A DNA stretch of 64,000 nucleotides from a bacterium (GTDB taxonomy: Bacteria; Bacteroidota; Ignavibacteria; UBA10030): contig JAZDJN010000104.1 of NCBI GenBank assembly GCA_043803945.1, positions 32,001 through 96,000 on the forward strand, written 5' to 3'. Both the position numbers and the translations under genes were made by a program. Position 1 is the first letter of the stretch. Every line of letters starts with the position of its first letter. Below are positions 20,886 to 31,491 of the stretch, in pieces. The notes under the pieces were generated by a model. The model had not been told where the DNA came from and made no database searches. It saw only the letters and a list, made by a program, of their open reading frames with translations.

Positions 20886-21350
20886 TCATGATCGTTTCTC
20901 GATTTGTTCGATAGAGAGCTGCCGCTCATATTCATGCTCGCCATGCATCAGGTGAACAGCATAGTGCTTCACCGGAAGCAATTGCTCCACCTGATCTGCC
21001 CACTCAATCAGGCAGATATTCTGTCCAAAAAAGAATTCCTCATAGCCGAGATCGTAAATCTCCTCCAGCGAACGAGTCCGGTAAAGATCGAGATGATAGA
21101 TCAACAATTCTTCGCCGGCCGGATCGACCCCCTCATAACGATTCAGGAGGACAAACGTCGGGCTCGACACCGAGCCGCGCACGTTGAATGCCGAACATAC
21201 TCCTTTAACGAACTGAGTTTTTCCCGTACCGAGATCGCCATAGAGGGCAATGACATCACCGCGCCTGATCGTCGCTGCAAATTCAGCGGCAATCCGTATC
21301 GTTTCTTCAGCGGATGGAGAAGTAAACCTTTGTCTTTGCCCTTGCAGCAT
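20886..21350 (-). CDS. tsaE: tRNA threonylcarbamoyladenosine biosynthesis ATPase TsaE
   Basis: GDLGTGKT, VSSPTF, HLDLYR, IEW. Confidence 0.95.
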   Translation of the reverse strand: MLQGQRQRFTSPSAEETIRIAAEFAATIRRGDVIALYGDLGTGKTQFVKGVCSAFNVRGSVSSPTFVLLNRYEGVDPAGEELLIYHLDLYRTRSLEEIYDLGYEEFFFGQNICLIEWADQVEQLLPVKHYAVHLMHGEHEYERQLSIEQIEKRS

Positions 21351-22907
21351 CTATTTCGGTTCCAGTTTAACGACCGGCAGTATCATCTCCTCCATCGAAA
21401 TGCCGCCATGTTGGAAGCTGTCACGGTATTGATTGAGGTACTTGTGGTAATCGGTTGGGTAGACGAAGAAGAAATCTTCCTTCGCCAGGATGTAGTTCGT
21501 TGTTACACTGCTCCGTGGAAGCCTGTACTCAATCGGATTCTTTACAAAGACCGCCTGTCGATCATCCACTTTGAGGTTTCGTCCAAACTTGTACCGTAAA
21601 TTGGTCGAGGCTTCGCGATCACCAATCACCTTTGCGCCCCGTAAACAGCGCACACTGCCATGATCGGTCGTAATAATAATTCGTACATTCTTTTGGGAAG
21701 AGAGTGTTTTCAGGATATTATAGAGTGATGAATGTTGGAACCATGATTTCGTTAAGGAGCGATAGGCCGCTTCATCGGGTGCAATTTCCTTGATCAAGGG
21801 GGAATCCGATCGCCCATGGGCCAGGATATCCACAAAATTCACAACGATGGCGGTGAGTTTGCTTCTGGTATAGGAGAGGATATTGCCCTCCACTTGCCGT
21901 CCGAATTCAGCATCCAGTATCTTCACATACTTCGATTCAGGCTTCAGTCGAATCCGTTTCCGCTCGAGGTACTTATCGAGCAATTGATGCTCATTTCTGT
22001 TTCTGCTGTTCTCATCATCATCACCAGCCTGCCAGATTTCGGGAAACCGTTTTTCCAGGTCGGAAGGAAACAACGCGCTGAAGATGGCGTTGCGAGAATA
22101 GGGTGTCGCGGTCGGTAAGATGCTGAAATAAAAAGCCTTGTCGATCGTATAGAAATCGGAAAGCAGCGGTTCCATCAACAGCCATTGATCGTAACGAAGG
22201 CAATCGATGACAAAGAGAAAGAGGGATTTATCACCTTCCAATTCCGGAATAATATATTGATCGAGAACATCAACTGAGAGGTAGGGCCGGTTCGCTTCCG
22301 ACTCGATCCAATTACGATAATTCTTCTCAATGAACTTGCTGAACTCGACATTACATTCCCTCTTTTGATCGAGAATTGTCTGACGCAGGCCAAGTTCCGG
22401 ATGCTCATCGAGTTCCATATCCCATGCGGTGAGTTTGGTGTACAGCTCAATCCATTCATCCGTGGTGAGCGGATTCATTAACGCCATCGAGATTTGCTGG
22501 AATTCCTGGGCGGAATCGCGGGAGACCTGTGCGCTGGTGATTTTTTTCGCCTCAAGGAATTTTTTGCATGCCATGAGAATCTGGCTGGGATTTACCGGCT
22601 TGGTAAGGTAATCGCTGATCTTGCTTCCGATGGCTTCCTCCATCAGGCTTTCAGCTTCATTCTTCGTCACCATCACCACGGGAAGATTGGGATGGATATC
22701 CTTAATCTTGGAGAGCGTTTCGAGTCCCCCCATTCCCGGCATCATCTCATCAAGAAACACCAGGTCAAAGGCCTGCTCTGTCGCCATCGTGACGGCATCG
22801 GCGCCATTTGTCGCAATTTGCACCGAGTACCCTTTTTGTTCGAGCAACAGGACATGTGCTTTAAGAAGATCGATCTCGTCATCAATCCAGAGTATTTTTT
22901 TCTTCAT
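21351..22907 (-). CDS. porX: PorX-like response regulator with PglZ alkaline-phosphatase-family domain
   Basis: REC domain (WIDDE, LDEMMP); IDCLRYDQW, LPTATPYSRN, TTDHG, FQHGGISMEE. Confidence 0.9.
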   Translation of the reverse strand: MKKKILWIDDEIDLLKAHVLLLEQKGYSVQIATNGADAVTMATEQAFDLVFLDEMMPGMGGLETLSKIKDIHPNLPVVMVTKNEAESLMEEAIGSKISDYLTKPVNPSQILMACKKFLEAKKITSAQVSRDSAQEFQQISMALMNPLTTDEWIELYTKLTAWDMELDEHPELGLRQTILDQKRECNVEFSKFIEKNYRNWIESEANRPYLSVDVLDQYIIPELEGDKSLFLFVIDCLRYDQWLLMEPLLSDFYTIDKAFYFSILPTATPYSRNAIFSALFPSDLEKRFPEIWQAGDDDENSRNRNEHQLLDKYLERKRIRLKPESKYVKILDAEFGRQVEGNILSYTRSKLTAIVVNFVDILAHGRSDSPLIKEIAPDEAAYRSLTKSWFQHSSLYNILKTLSSQKNVRIIITTDHGSVRCLRGAKVIGDREASTNLRYKFGRNLKVDDRQAVFVKNPIEYRLPRSSVTTNYILAKEDFFFVYPTDYHKYLNQYRDSFQHGGISMEEMILPVVKLEPK

Positions 22908-22986
22908 TTCCACGATGGTATTGTACCTATTCTGTTAGTGAGAATCAACGCCACTTTATTCCCTATCGACCTGGCCTGAAAAGTCC

Positions 22987-23119
22987 GCCACAGAGACTCA
23001 CCTGCCCGACTATGTAGATGCTATTGAGGCAGGCGGGGAGTTCATTGAGGTTGACAAATGTTGTTTAGAGAGTCAATACTTACAAAATATCTTCTCTGTG
23101 TTCTCCGTGACTCGGTGGC
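22987..23119. repeat. REP-like palindromic element with an inner insert
   Basis: GCCACAGAGACTCA ... CTCTGTGTTCTCCGTGACTCGGTGGC arms enclosing CCTGCC...GGCAGG. Confidence 0.55.
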
Positions 23120-23142
23120 AAATTCACCTTTCCACCAGATTT

Positions 23143-26100
23143 CTAGCGGCTTCCTTGGATTTGGACATTCACATCGAGACCGAACTCATTCGTTGTTGAT
23201 CCGGGGATGCGTGACCCTCCCTCGGCCGGTTTCAATCGTGAATACTTATAGAAAATGGAGGCTGTTACTGTCGAGCTCATCACATACCGGATGCGGGGCT
23301 CGATGATGGTATTGCTCGAACCTTCACGCGGGTATCCTTCTGCATTGAAGATCACATCGTTCAACCGATACTCCCGCTGTTCATTTTTTCTAAAGCTATA
23401 GGAGAAGCTGAAGTCCAGGTCGTTCGAAAGTGAAAGCCCGAAGAAGGGAATCTCAAAACCTGTGCGCGAGTACCGTGCGCTCACCGATACTTCAGTTGAG
23501 TTATTGGCAATAGCAATCTGGTTCGAGGGGATGAGGTCGTAGCTCGTTCCGGTCCCAAAGCGTAAATCAGTTGTGAGGTTCCCCTTCATGAACTCTTTGA
23601 AAGTGATATTCATCCCGACGAGAGGCGCAAACTCATACGAGATCACCTGGCTCTCCGTAACCTCTTCACCGTTCGGCGATATTTTCCAGCGCCGTTTATA
23701 CGACGAGCCATAGCGATGATCGAGACTGACACGCTGTGCGATGCTGCTGAGGAAGGGCAGCTTCTCGAGGCCATCCCATTGCAACGACCAGTTCGGGCGA
23801 GGCATCAATCCTCCGAAGAGCTTCTTGGCAAATGAAACGGCTTCCATCCCCTCTTCAAATGCCTGTGTCAGCTTCACTGCCGGTGTGCGCAGATCTCCCG
23901 GATCATCCCGCAATCCCTCATACTTCTTCTGAACATTTTCGATGCCTGTATTCAGAAACTTGAAGAAGAGCACGGGGGGAAATGTCATAAAGGAGCGATC
24001 CATATCACCGCTGATAACCCGGTTCACCTCATGCGCAACACCAAGGCTGTCCGATTGCAGTGTTTTATTTGAATTGAATGTCCAGTTCAACCTCCAATCG
24101 AGTTGAAGCCTTGCTCCCTCCCAGAGGGGCCGCGATGTTTTCATGCTCAGTGTATTCGTCTGCGCAAACATATCGACGAGATTTCCTCCCGGAGATCGCA
24201 ATCCCGGAATGGTATAGCCCGAGACGAAAGGAAATTTTCCCTTGCTCTTGATAACGACCTCACCATGGGGATCCGTCGACAATCCCATTTGATAAAGGAA
24301 CGAGGGGCCGTTTGCGGGGATTGATTTCTGGAAAAACGGGATACGTTCAAAGAGATTTGAAAATCCTGGGCGCCCGATTACGCCGCTATTTTGAACCTGG
24401 TTTTGCTGGCCGTACTGAAGATCCATCCGCTCAAAATCGAATATTGGAATTTTGATAAGATACCGCGAGACCTTATCAAGAATCGCTCCAATATCCACTG
24501 AGGCCTCCGGCTTTGTCGTATCGATCGGTGTAGCGGGTGCTTTGGCGGTACCCTGCGACCAGATTTCATTGCCAAGATTCTTCATATTAAAATTGAGAGA
24601 GAGAGTCAACATTGGTCTCGTTTGCGCCGCCTTGCCAAGTTCACCGGCCTGCAAGTTATTGATCCAACTATACTGCGAGGAATACCGGGCTGTTAACGAA
24701 ATGAATTTATCAAGGTTCAAAATTGATGGAACGATCGGCTGCGGATTGAAGGCGATTGTCTGTCCATACTGCTGGTCGACACCGAAATCCATCAGGCGTG
24801 ATTTGCCAAACATCTCATTGAGGATATCAGAGAAAGATCGTTGTTGATTAAGATGATCCAGCTCAAAATTCAGGAGTGTGCTCTGAATATCCAGTTGATA
24901 GTCCATTCCAAGATTCAGTAAACCATCCCTCACAAACTGCCAACTGAACTGGAATGCCCGTGTGCCGCCAAAGGAACGAACAATCGGTTTTGTTGCCGAT
25001 TGATCACGTGCTTTTTCCATGGTCTGCCCCCGGGATAACGACGCTGAGACGTTGAACGTTCGCGGAGTAAAGAACACCTTCGCTTTCTTCCATGGGCTGG
25101 TCAGGAAGAAATCGCCAAACGGTTCGAACGGTTCAATATAATTCTGCTCGCTGAATTGGAGTTGGTAATTCACGCGGGTGCTCCACATCCACTGTTCGAA
25201 ATTTTGGGTAACTGGATTCCGCCGCGTCATCTTTGTATAGGAATAGGCTAGTGTCAGTTTATTTATCGTCTCGGTAATCAACCAGGTGTCCACCGGCACG
25301 TTCAGCTTGATATTCGGGAGTGCAAAGGACTCGGTAATATCGATCGAGCGGGTCCTTTGTTTGACATCTTCGGCGCTGGTCTTTGCCTCCTGCTCTGTTC
25401 GCCCGCCGATCCTCTTCGATTCTTCTGTTCGTCGAATCGCTTCATCGACAAGGATATCGGTTCCCGGAACATACCGGGGATTTTGCACCCTCTCTGAATG
25501 TGAATAGCTGACATTCAGGCTGGTTCCCCGCCAGCTCTCCGGCAGAAATCGCTCAAGGTTCAACGATCCCGACATTGCCCAATTGAGATCGACATTCCTG
25601 GAGCCAAAGCGTTCTTCCAGCGAATGGAAAAATGGATCGCGCTGCGTCATGTTAAATGTTACAGAGCCCAGGTTTGCAAGTGTGAGCGAAGACTCGAAGC
25701 GATATGCCCAACCCGGTGTATTATCGACATCCGTGAGGCGAAGTTCATTGATCCAGACATCTCCTGAATATGTTTTTCCAATCATTCCTTTGTTGTACGG
25801 ATTTTCAACTCCGATTACCAGCAATCGGATATTGGTTAATGTCGGTTCGCCCCTCACCTGAAATGTTGCTCCCACCGGTCCATCGGGCACCGGTACACGG
25901 CGGCTCATTCCCCCTGCACTATCGCGAGCAAGCTTGACGGCTGTCATCTGTTCGAAATTGATCTTGACATCATTCCAACCCGGAGTTACCGGAGCACGGT
26001 ATTCATAGTAGTTCAGCGAGTCGGTTCCAAACCGGAAGAAGAATTCAAGATCATAATCTGATGTATCGGTGAAAGCGGGCCTGTACCCAAGTCGTTCATC

Positions 26101-29100
26101 GCCATGGACGAACATCCGCATCATTTTGTAGCTGAAGACATCGAGCGGACGCGCAGGAAACCGTTTGATCGCCTGACGACTCTGCCCATCCTTTAATTCC
26201 CTGATCTCCAAAGAGAGCGATTGTTCATTCATAAGAACATTTTGATCCGCTCGCATCCGGTCTTTTACGCGGCTCACCGGGTTATCGATGGAGTAATCTG
26301 GATTTTCTTCCCAGCTCACACTGCTTACCCGCATTGTGCTGTCATTTTTCTTTAACTCCTCCCATTGGTTTCCGATCAAATTGAATTCAGTGATACGAAT
26401 CAGGAGCTCATCCTGCGCACCGGTAAGCCACAATCGAACTGCATCAACGGTGGCAAAGGAGGGATCGCCAATTTTTCGATTGTATTCGATAATAGGAATA
26501 CGAAGCAGGTACCAACCATTGCTTCCGCCGCCGGCAAGATATTTTCTGAAACGAGCATTAGTGGTATCGAGCGGCAGTTCGTATTCATAGTAACTGTTGA
26601 TCCTGTCCAGGGTGTTATTTCTGTTCAAGTCCTCGCTATCCGGGAACCTTCCGCTTTCACTCTGGGAATTACCTTCCGATCCATTGATATTGACAAAGTC
26701 ATTCGGATTGATTGACAGGGGTACCGGACGCTGCCAGTTATCACCGGCAGGGTCGGTGGCATATTCCGGGAAGAGCCGGATAAAGTCGGCATAGAGTGCC
26801 CGCTCCTGCTCATCCGTCATACCATCAAAACCGGTATCCTCATCCGGGGCAAGGATCCCATTGGCGAATCCTTTTTCTTCCGTATCAAGCTTATCATTCG
26901 GGATGACATCTTCGCTGACAATGCCCAAATCGATATTCAGGAGTGCCGTCGGCTGAGTCCGGTCGAGCCGTACCCAAAATTCAATAAAGTTGATGTTCTC
27001 ATCTAAAAGGTTCGTTGAGGTTGACCCAATGAGCTGTTGAACGCCTGCCCACGCCTTCTGTCGATGGGCGAACAATTTCTCTTTGAGATTCATCGACGTG
27101 TTATACTGCGCACGTTCTTTCGGCTTCAGGTGAAGGTTCAACACCGGAATCTGCTCTTCTCCGGGGGCAACCTCCTTCTTTGGCTTCAAAAAGGTGATTG
27201 ATACATCGCTCGGTGTGATGGTGTACCAATCAAGCTTCGCTTTATACTCGAATTTTTCTTTAACATCAGTTTTGGTCAACTCATCAAATGCCGACATATA
27301 GGCAGGGACGCTGATATCCCGCCATCGTGAATAATGAATGATGATGGGGATTGGTTTTTTGGAACCTTCAAAATCATCGATATAGGCAATACCGGCTCCG
27401 CCATCATTCGGAATCGGGCTTTTCCGGGTATTCGGATCGGGCAGCATATAGGCAGCTTCACCGGAGAATGATAACAGGGAGGGTGTTGCCGATTTTGTTC
27501 CGGGCAGCCAGTTGATTGCCTGGGTGAGAAAATCAAGGTCGAATTTTGTATTTCCGCGGACATTGAAGATTGAGTTGTTGATCGGTTCTTCCGTTAACCG
27601 GACTTTATCACTGAGCGACTGCTGGTCGTAGTTCTCCAATGTGAAGAAGAACCCGGAGTTTTTCCCCAGATTCAACTCGCCGTGGACGCCGATTAATCGT
27701 TTCGATGCAAGCTGGATCGGATCGTTCTGTTCAAACCGAATTTGTACATTTTTTCCCGGCACGAGCAAGGCCGGATTGCGGATCGTCACCTGGCCGGAGA
27801 TATAGTCCACGCTGTAATCCTGCCCGACCATTTTTTTCTCCCCATCGACAATCACCTCAACACTTCCCTCCACAATGTTGAATCCCGGGAGGCGATACAC
27901 GGAAGTTACCGAGGACGACGTCGATCCCTTGATCAGAAATTTATTTCTCTGGCTGTTCGAGGCTCCATTATAGGTAGTGTCGTACACTTCATGGAAAATA
28001 AATGAATCAGCTTGCGCTAATGGAAATCCACGTGCCTGAAAATAGCGCCAGATACCGTTACGGAACGGTTCTGCCATCGGGAAAATTAACTCACCCCGTT
28101 CTTCATCGATCGTCTGCCCGTTTTGATAATCGAACTTTCCATCGGGGGGAGGCCCGCCACTCTCTGTAAAGCGATCCAACCCGAGCATTTCGATGAGGTT
28201 GACAACACCGAGAATATTGTCTTGAGGTTCTTTGCCTGAAACCTCATAAAGAATTTTAAGATCAAAACCCTCCTTCCGCAGCCCGCGAGAGCCAAGCGCA
28301 TACCGGCTTTTCAACATCATTCGCCATGCGGTTTTAAACTGAGGTCCTAGTTTCTGCGGTCGCACCAGTTTCATAATGAGTTTGAGCGATCGCGAAGTGT
28401 CACGCGAACCAAAATTTCCGATCTGTTTCGCCTTCACCTGATATGCAACGGCAATGGCCTGTTCGTATTGCACCATCGTTTTGAGAGAGATGTATCCGGC
28501 ATTTTTATTGATCGTGTAATCAACATCAGGCTGCAGGCGGATAAAGGGCCCGACTTCGATCTCGCCGGGGATGGCATCGATAATTCCAGAACGGAGTGCC
28601 TGGTCATTTTGGAAAGCAACAACTTTTCCTTCGTCGATGAATGCCGCGACGTTCCTCTCGTTGGGGATTTCATTGCCGACGCGCGATACCCATACCTCGA
28701 TATCGAGCACTTCCTTCAACGGATCAATCTTCGGAGGATTGTAGAGATAGAATGAGTCATAGAGCGCAATATAGGTCGTATCGATGAAATAGTGGTCCTT
28801 CGAATAATCGGGCGCGCGAAGCTGGAATTGCTTTGCCTCGCTCGATCCGCTCAAACTCAGTTCGTTCGTCTGTCCTTTCTTTTGAGTGGCTATTGCCGTC
28901 AGGTTGAGAGGACCCAACTTCATTCCTGCCTTAATACCGAAGAGTGCCTGACTGCTCTGAACAAATGAAGACCCGGTAATCAGATTGACGTTTCCAGCCT
29001 CGATACTTTGGATGATATCATCTTCATAGCCGGTGTACCGCACTTTCAACTGGTTTTCAAATTCGAAGACACGTTTGGTATCCCAATCCGCGCTGATTTT

Positions 29101-29970
29101 CAGTTTATCGCCAACCAGCCCCTCGACATTAATTTGAACATCCTGGCTAAATGCCGGTTCTCCACGGCTTTGTGCAAGGGGATTGTTGACAAAAAGGTCC
29201 GATTGGGTATTTTTAAATCCACCGCGGATATCCACAGAACCATTGACTCGCAGGCTGATTGTCGGCGGCCCGAAGATGCTGAAGAGCGGGTTTTTCGGAA
29301 TCGGAATTTCAATGCGAGTAACGGATCCAAAGAAATCGCTTAATCCTTTCTTCCGTCCTTCAACCAGTTGATACGATTGTGCCAACGCTTCCCAGTTCTT
29401 CCGGATTGCCTGTTTGAACCTCAACTCCTGGTATTCCTTAAAACTGTAGTCCAGAGGAATTCTGGTATCCTTTCCCAGAAATATTCTTTTTGTCGAATAG
29501 GTCATGCGCGCCGTATCCAGTAAGTGCTGGGACTGAATACTGGAGGGATCGGGTAGATACAGTGGATGTGGTTTCCTCTCGAAGAGAGGTACCATGGGAT
29601 TATCTTTCCTCATATGGTGGAAGTGCCGGAGCCTTGCTGAGGAATCGCGTGGCATAGCCTTAATAGAATCCAGGATCGATGCTGCTGTTTTCGCAGCGCT
29701 TGAAGTATCGACCATGGTACTACGTCGCTGGAGTGCCTTTGCCCGGCGGGACTCACCGACGGAACGGATGCGCGTGGTATCCTGCCCAAAGGGGATAAAT
29801 GACTCCGGACTAAAAGTAGCTATAGCTGCAACAGACGGTCGAAAGCTCAGCAGAGCACCTAAAAAGAGAAGAGAACATAGAATGAGGAAGAGGCCGAAAG
29901 GAAGGTGATTCTTCACCTGCGGGTTAAGAAAAGAAATTCTCGAACTGTGTACTTCGCTACCTGGGTTCAC
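23143..29970 (-). CDS. sprA: T9SS outer-membrane translocon SprA
   Basis: 2275 aa; EDDIIQSIEAGNV, QALFGIK, AYIDDFEGS, VWINELRL; beta-strand-rich C-terminus. Confidence 0.92.
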   Translation of the reverse strand: MNPGSEVHSSRISFLNPQVKNHLPFGLFLILCSLLFLGALLSFRPSVAAIATFSPESFIPFGQDTTRIRSVGESRRAKALQRRSTMVDTSSAAKTAASILDSIKAMPRDSSARLRHFHHMRKDNPMVPLFERKPHPLYLPDPSSIQSQHLLDTARMTYSTKRIFLGKDTRIPLDYSFKEYQELRFKQAIRKNWEALAQSYQLVEGRKKGLSDFFGSVTRIEIPIPKNPLFSIFGPPTISLRVNGSVDIRGGFKNTQSDLFVNNPLAQSRGEPAFSQDVQINVEGLVGDKLKISADWDTKRVFEFENQLKVRYTGYEDDIIQSIEAGNVNLITGSSFVQSSQALFGIKAGMKLGPLNLTAIATQKKGQTNELSLSGSSEAKQFQLRAPDYSKDHYFIDTTYIALYDSFYLYNPPKIDPLKEVLDIEVWVSRVGNEIPNERNVAAFIDEGKVVAFQNDQALRSGIIDAIPGEIEVGPFIRLQPDVDYTINKNAGYISLKTMVQYEQAIAVAYQVKAKQIGNFGSRDTSRSLKLIMKLVRPQKLGPQFKTAWRMMLKSRYALGSRGLRKEGFDLKILYEVSGKEPQDNILGVVNLIEMLGLDRFTESGGPPPDGKFDYQNGQTIDEERGELIFPMAEPFRNGIWRYFQARGFPLAQADSFIFHEVYDTTYNGASNSQRNKFLIKGSTSSSVTSVYRLPGFNIVEGSVEVIVDGEKKMVGQDYSVDYISGQVTIRNPALLVPGKNVQIRFEQNDPIQLASKRLIGVHGELNLGKNSGFFFTLENYDQQSLSDKVRLTEEPINNSIFNVRGNTKFDLDFLTQAINWLPGTKSATPSLLSFSGEAAYMLPDPNTRKSPIPNDGGAGIAYIDDFEGSKKPIPIIIHYSRWRDISVPAYMSAFDELTKTDVKEKFEYKAKLDWYTITPSDVSITFLKPKKEVAPGEEQIPVLNLHLKPKERAQYNTSMNLKEKLFAHRQKAWAGVQQLIGSTSTNLLDENINFIEFWVRLDRTQPTALLNIDLGIVSEDVIPNDKLDTEEKGFANGILAPDEDTGFDGMTDEQERALYADFIRLFPEYATDPAGDNWQRPVPLSINPNDFVNINGSEGNSQSESGRFPDSEDLNRNNTLDRINSYYEYELPLDTTNARFRKYLAGGGSNGWYLLRIPIIEYNRKIGDPSFATVDAVRLWLTGAQDELLIRITEFNLIGNQWEELKKNDSTMRVSSVSWEENPDYSIDNPVSRVKDRMRADQNVLMNEQSLSLEIRELKDGQSRQAIKRFPARPLDVFSYKMMRMFVHGDERLGYRPAFTDTSDYDLEFFFRFGTDSLNYYEYRAPVTPGWNDVKINFEQMTAVKLARDSAGGMSRRVPVPDGPVGATFQVRGEPTLTNIRLLVIGVENPYNKGMIGKTYSGDVWINELRLTDVDNTPGWAYRFESSLTLANLGSVTFNMTQRDPFFHSLEERFGSRNVDLNWAMSGSLNLERFLPESWRGTSLNVSYSHSERVQNPRYVPGTDILVDEAIRRTEESKRIGGRTEQEAKTSAEDVKQRTRSIDITESFALPNIKLNVPVDTWLITETINKLTLAYSYTKMTRRNPVTQNFEQWMWSTRVNYQLQFSEQNYIEPFEPFGDFFLTSPWKKAKVFFTPRTFNVSASLSRGQTMEKARDQSATKPIVRSFGGTRAFQFSWQFVRDGLLNLGMDYQLDIQSTLLNFELDHLNQQRSFSDILNEMFGKSRLMDFGVDQQYGQTIAFNPQPIVPSILNLDKFISLTARYSSQYSWINNLQAGELGKAAQTRPMLTLSLNFNMKNLGNEIWSQGTAKAPATPIDTTKPEASVDIGAILDKVSRYLIKIPIFDFERMDLQYGQQNQVQNSGVIGRPGFSNLFERIPFFQKSIPANGPSFLYQMGLSTDPHGEVVIKSKGKFPFVSGYTIPGLRSPGGNLVDMFAQTNTLSMKTSRPLWEGARLQLDWRLNWTFNSNKTLQSDSLGVAHEVNRVISGDMDRSFMTFPPVLFFKFLNTGIENVQKKYEGLRDDPGDLRTPAVKLTQAFEEGMEAVSFAKKLFGGLMPRPNWSLQWDGLEKLPFLSSIAQRVSLDHRYGSSYKRRWKISPNGEEVTESQVISYEFAPLVGMNITFKEFMKGNLTTDLRFGTGTSYDLIPSNQIAIANNSTEVSVSARYSRTGFEIPFFGLSLSNDLDFSFSYSFRKNEQREYRLNDVIFNAEGYPREGSSNTIIEPRIRYVMSSTVTASIFYKYSRLKPAEGGSRIPGSTTNEFGLDVNVQIQGSR

Positions 29971-30292
29971 GTTACAGTCAAAAATGATCGATGAAAGTAA
30001 CTACAGTAATAATTCTTTTGTACATCTAAAATGGTAGCGAATGGTCCGATGACTCTCCACAGATGAAACAATTGATAATACGGTCAACTGGTGCTGAAAA
30101 CTTAGTAAAAAGCGATACAAAGTGCAAGAACTTAAAAAAAACGATTATAAATTTTCATAGACGTGCCATGTCTTCTCGGGATTGAGAAATCAAAGCAAAG
30201 GAATCAAGATGTGCTCCCTTGAATAGTAGAGGATGAGATGATGTTGCACCAAGGAGTTCATTGGCTGAGATAGGCCATCTTTTTGTATCCGG

Positions 30293-30709
30293 TTACTTCA
30301 ATGCAGCATCGTCGAGAATCTGCCGGATCTGGTTTAATATTTTTGATGGAATATATGGTTTCTGAACAAAATCCTCTGCACCGATGTCAAGCATCTGTTG
30401 TCGCAACTCGGGATCAAAATATCCGCTGGCAAGAATTCCTTTTATTGCAGGATTGATTTTTCGCATCCGTTGAAATGCTTCCCATCCTCCAAGTTTTGGC
30501 AATCCCATATCTGAGAGTACCAATTTAATTTCATCATGATGCCGCTCGAACAGCGCAACGGCTTCTATACCATCACGGGCCAGCAGCACGCGATATCCAT
30601 TTTCTTCAAGCAGGACATGCAGAAGTTCAAGTAACATCTCTTCATCTTCGACGAGAAGGATTATCTCACCCCGTCCCTGCTGTATCTTTGTTAGCTCTTT
30701 CTGTTCCAT
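30293..30709 (-). CDS. Single-domain response regulator
   Basis: LLVEDE, LSDMGLP, ASGY, KP. Confidence 0.9.
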   Translation of the reverse strand: MEQKELTKIQQGRGEIILLVEDEEMLLELLHVLLEENGYRVLLARDGIEAVALFERHHDEIKLVLSDMGLPKLGGWEAFQRMRKINPAIKGILASGYFDPELRQQMLDIGAEDFVQKPYIPSKILNQIRQILDDAALK

Positions 30710-30727
30710 TCACATTACTAACTTGCG

Positions 30728-31375
30728 TTACGGAGAGAGTCGGAATATGAGCCAAGTTTTCTTTTTCTCGTAGACAATCCTGTCGTGAAGACGAGATTCC
30801 CTTCCCTGCCAGAACTCAAAAATAGCAGGTTCCAGCCGGAATCCTCCCCACGTTGGCGGTATTGGAATCTCAACGCCCGAAAATCGCTCTTGAATTTCTG
30901 CAGCCTTCTGCTCCAATTCCTCACGGCTTGAAATGACCGAACTCTGGTGGGAAGCCCACGCGCCGATTTGCGATTCACGGGGACGCGTTCGAAAATATTC
31001 CTCGGATTCCTTTCGGTCAACAGGCCGGACAGTACCCTCAATACGCACCTGTCTTGCCAGTTGAGGCCAGAAGAAAACAAGTGAAACATGGGGATTGGAG
31101 GAAAGCTCACGGCCTTTTCTGCTTTCATAATTTGTGTAGAAGACAATACCGTGCTCGTCAAAGTCTTTCATCAACACCACACGAGACGATGGTTTCCCGT
31201 GACGATTGGCGGTCGAGAGAACCATCGCGTTCGGTTCAGCCAGTTCCGCTTCCACGGCATCGGAAAACCACTTTTTGAATTGATTCCACGGATCGGAATC
31301 CACATCAGATTTTCTCAAACCTTCGGTAACATATTCACGGCGCAGTTTTTCAATCCGTTCCTTCATCGCCCTCAT
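30728..31375 (-). CDS. pdxH: Pyridoxamine 5'-phosphate oxidase
   Basis: EPNAM, FYTNYESRKG, EFWQGRESRLHDR; start uncertain. Confidence 0.95.
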   Translation of the reverse strand: MRAMKERIEKLRREYVTEGLRKSDVDSDPWNQFKKWFSDAVEAELAEPNAMVLSTANRHGKPSSRVVLMKDFDEHGIVFYTNYESRKGRELSSNPHVSLVFFWPQLARQVRIEGTVRPVDRKESEEYFRTRPRESQIGAWASHQSSVISSREELEQKAAEIQERFSGVEIPIPPTWGGFRLEPAIFEFWQGRESRLHDRIVYEKKKTWLIFRLSP

Positions 31376-31491
31376 CCTCTGTTGACTATCTTCCACGTAA
31401 GAAGATAAAGAATGCCCCCGCTCCATGCAAGTCCATCTCCCACCTCCGTGCACGCTTGTAACAGGGGAACAATCTGACTATATTTTATTCA

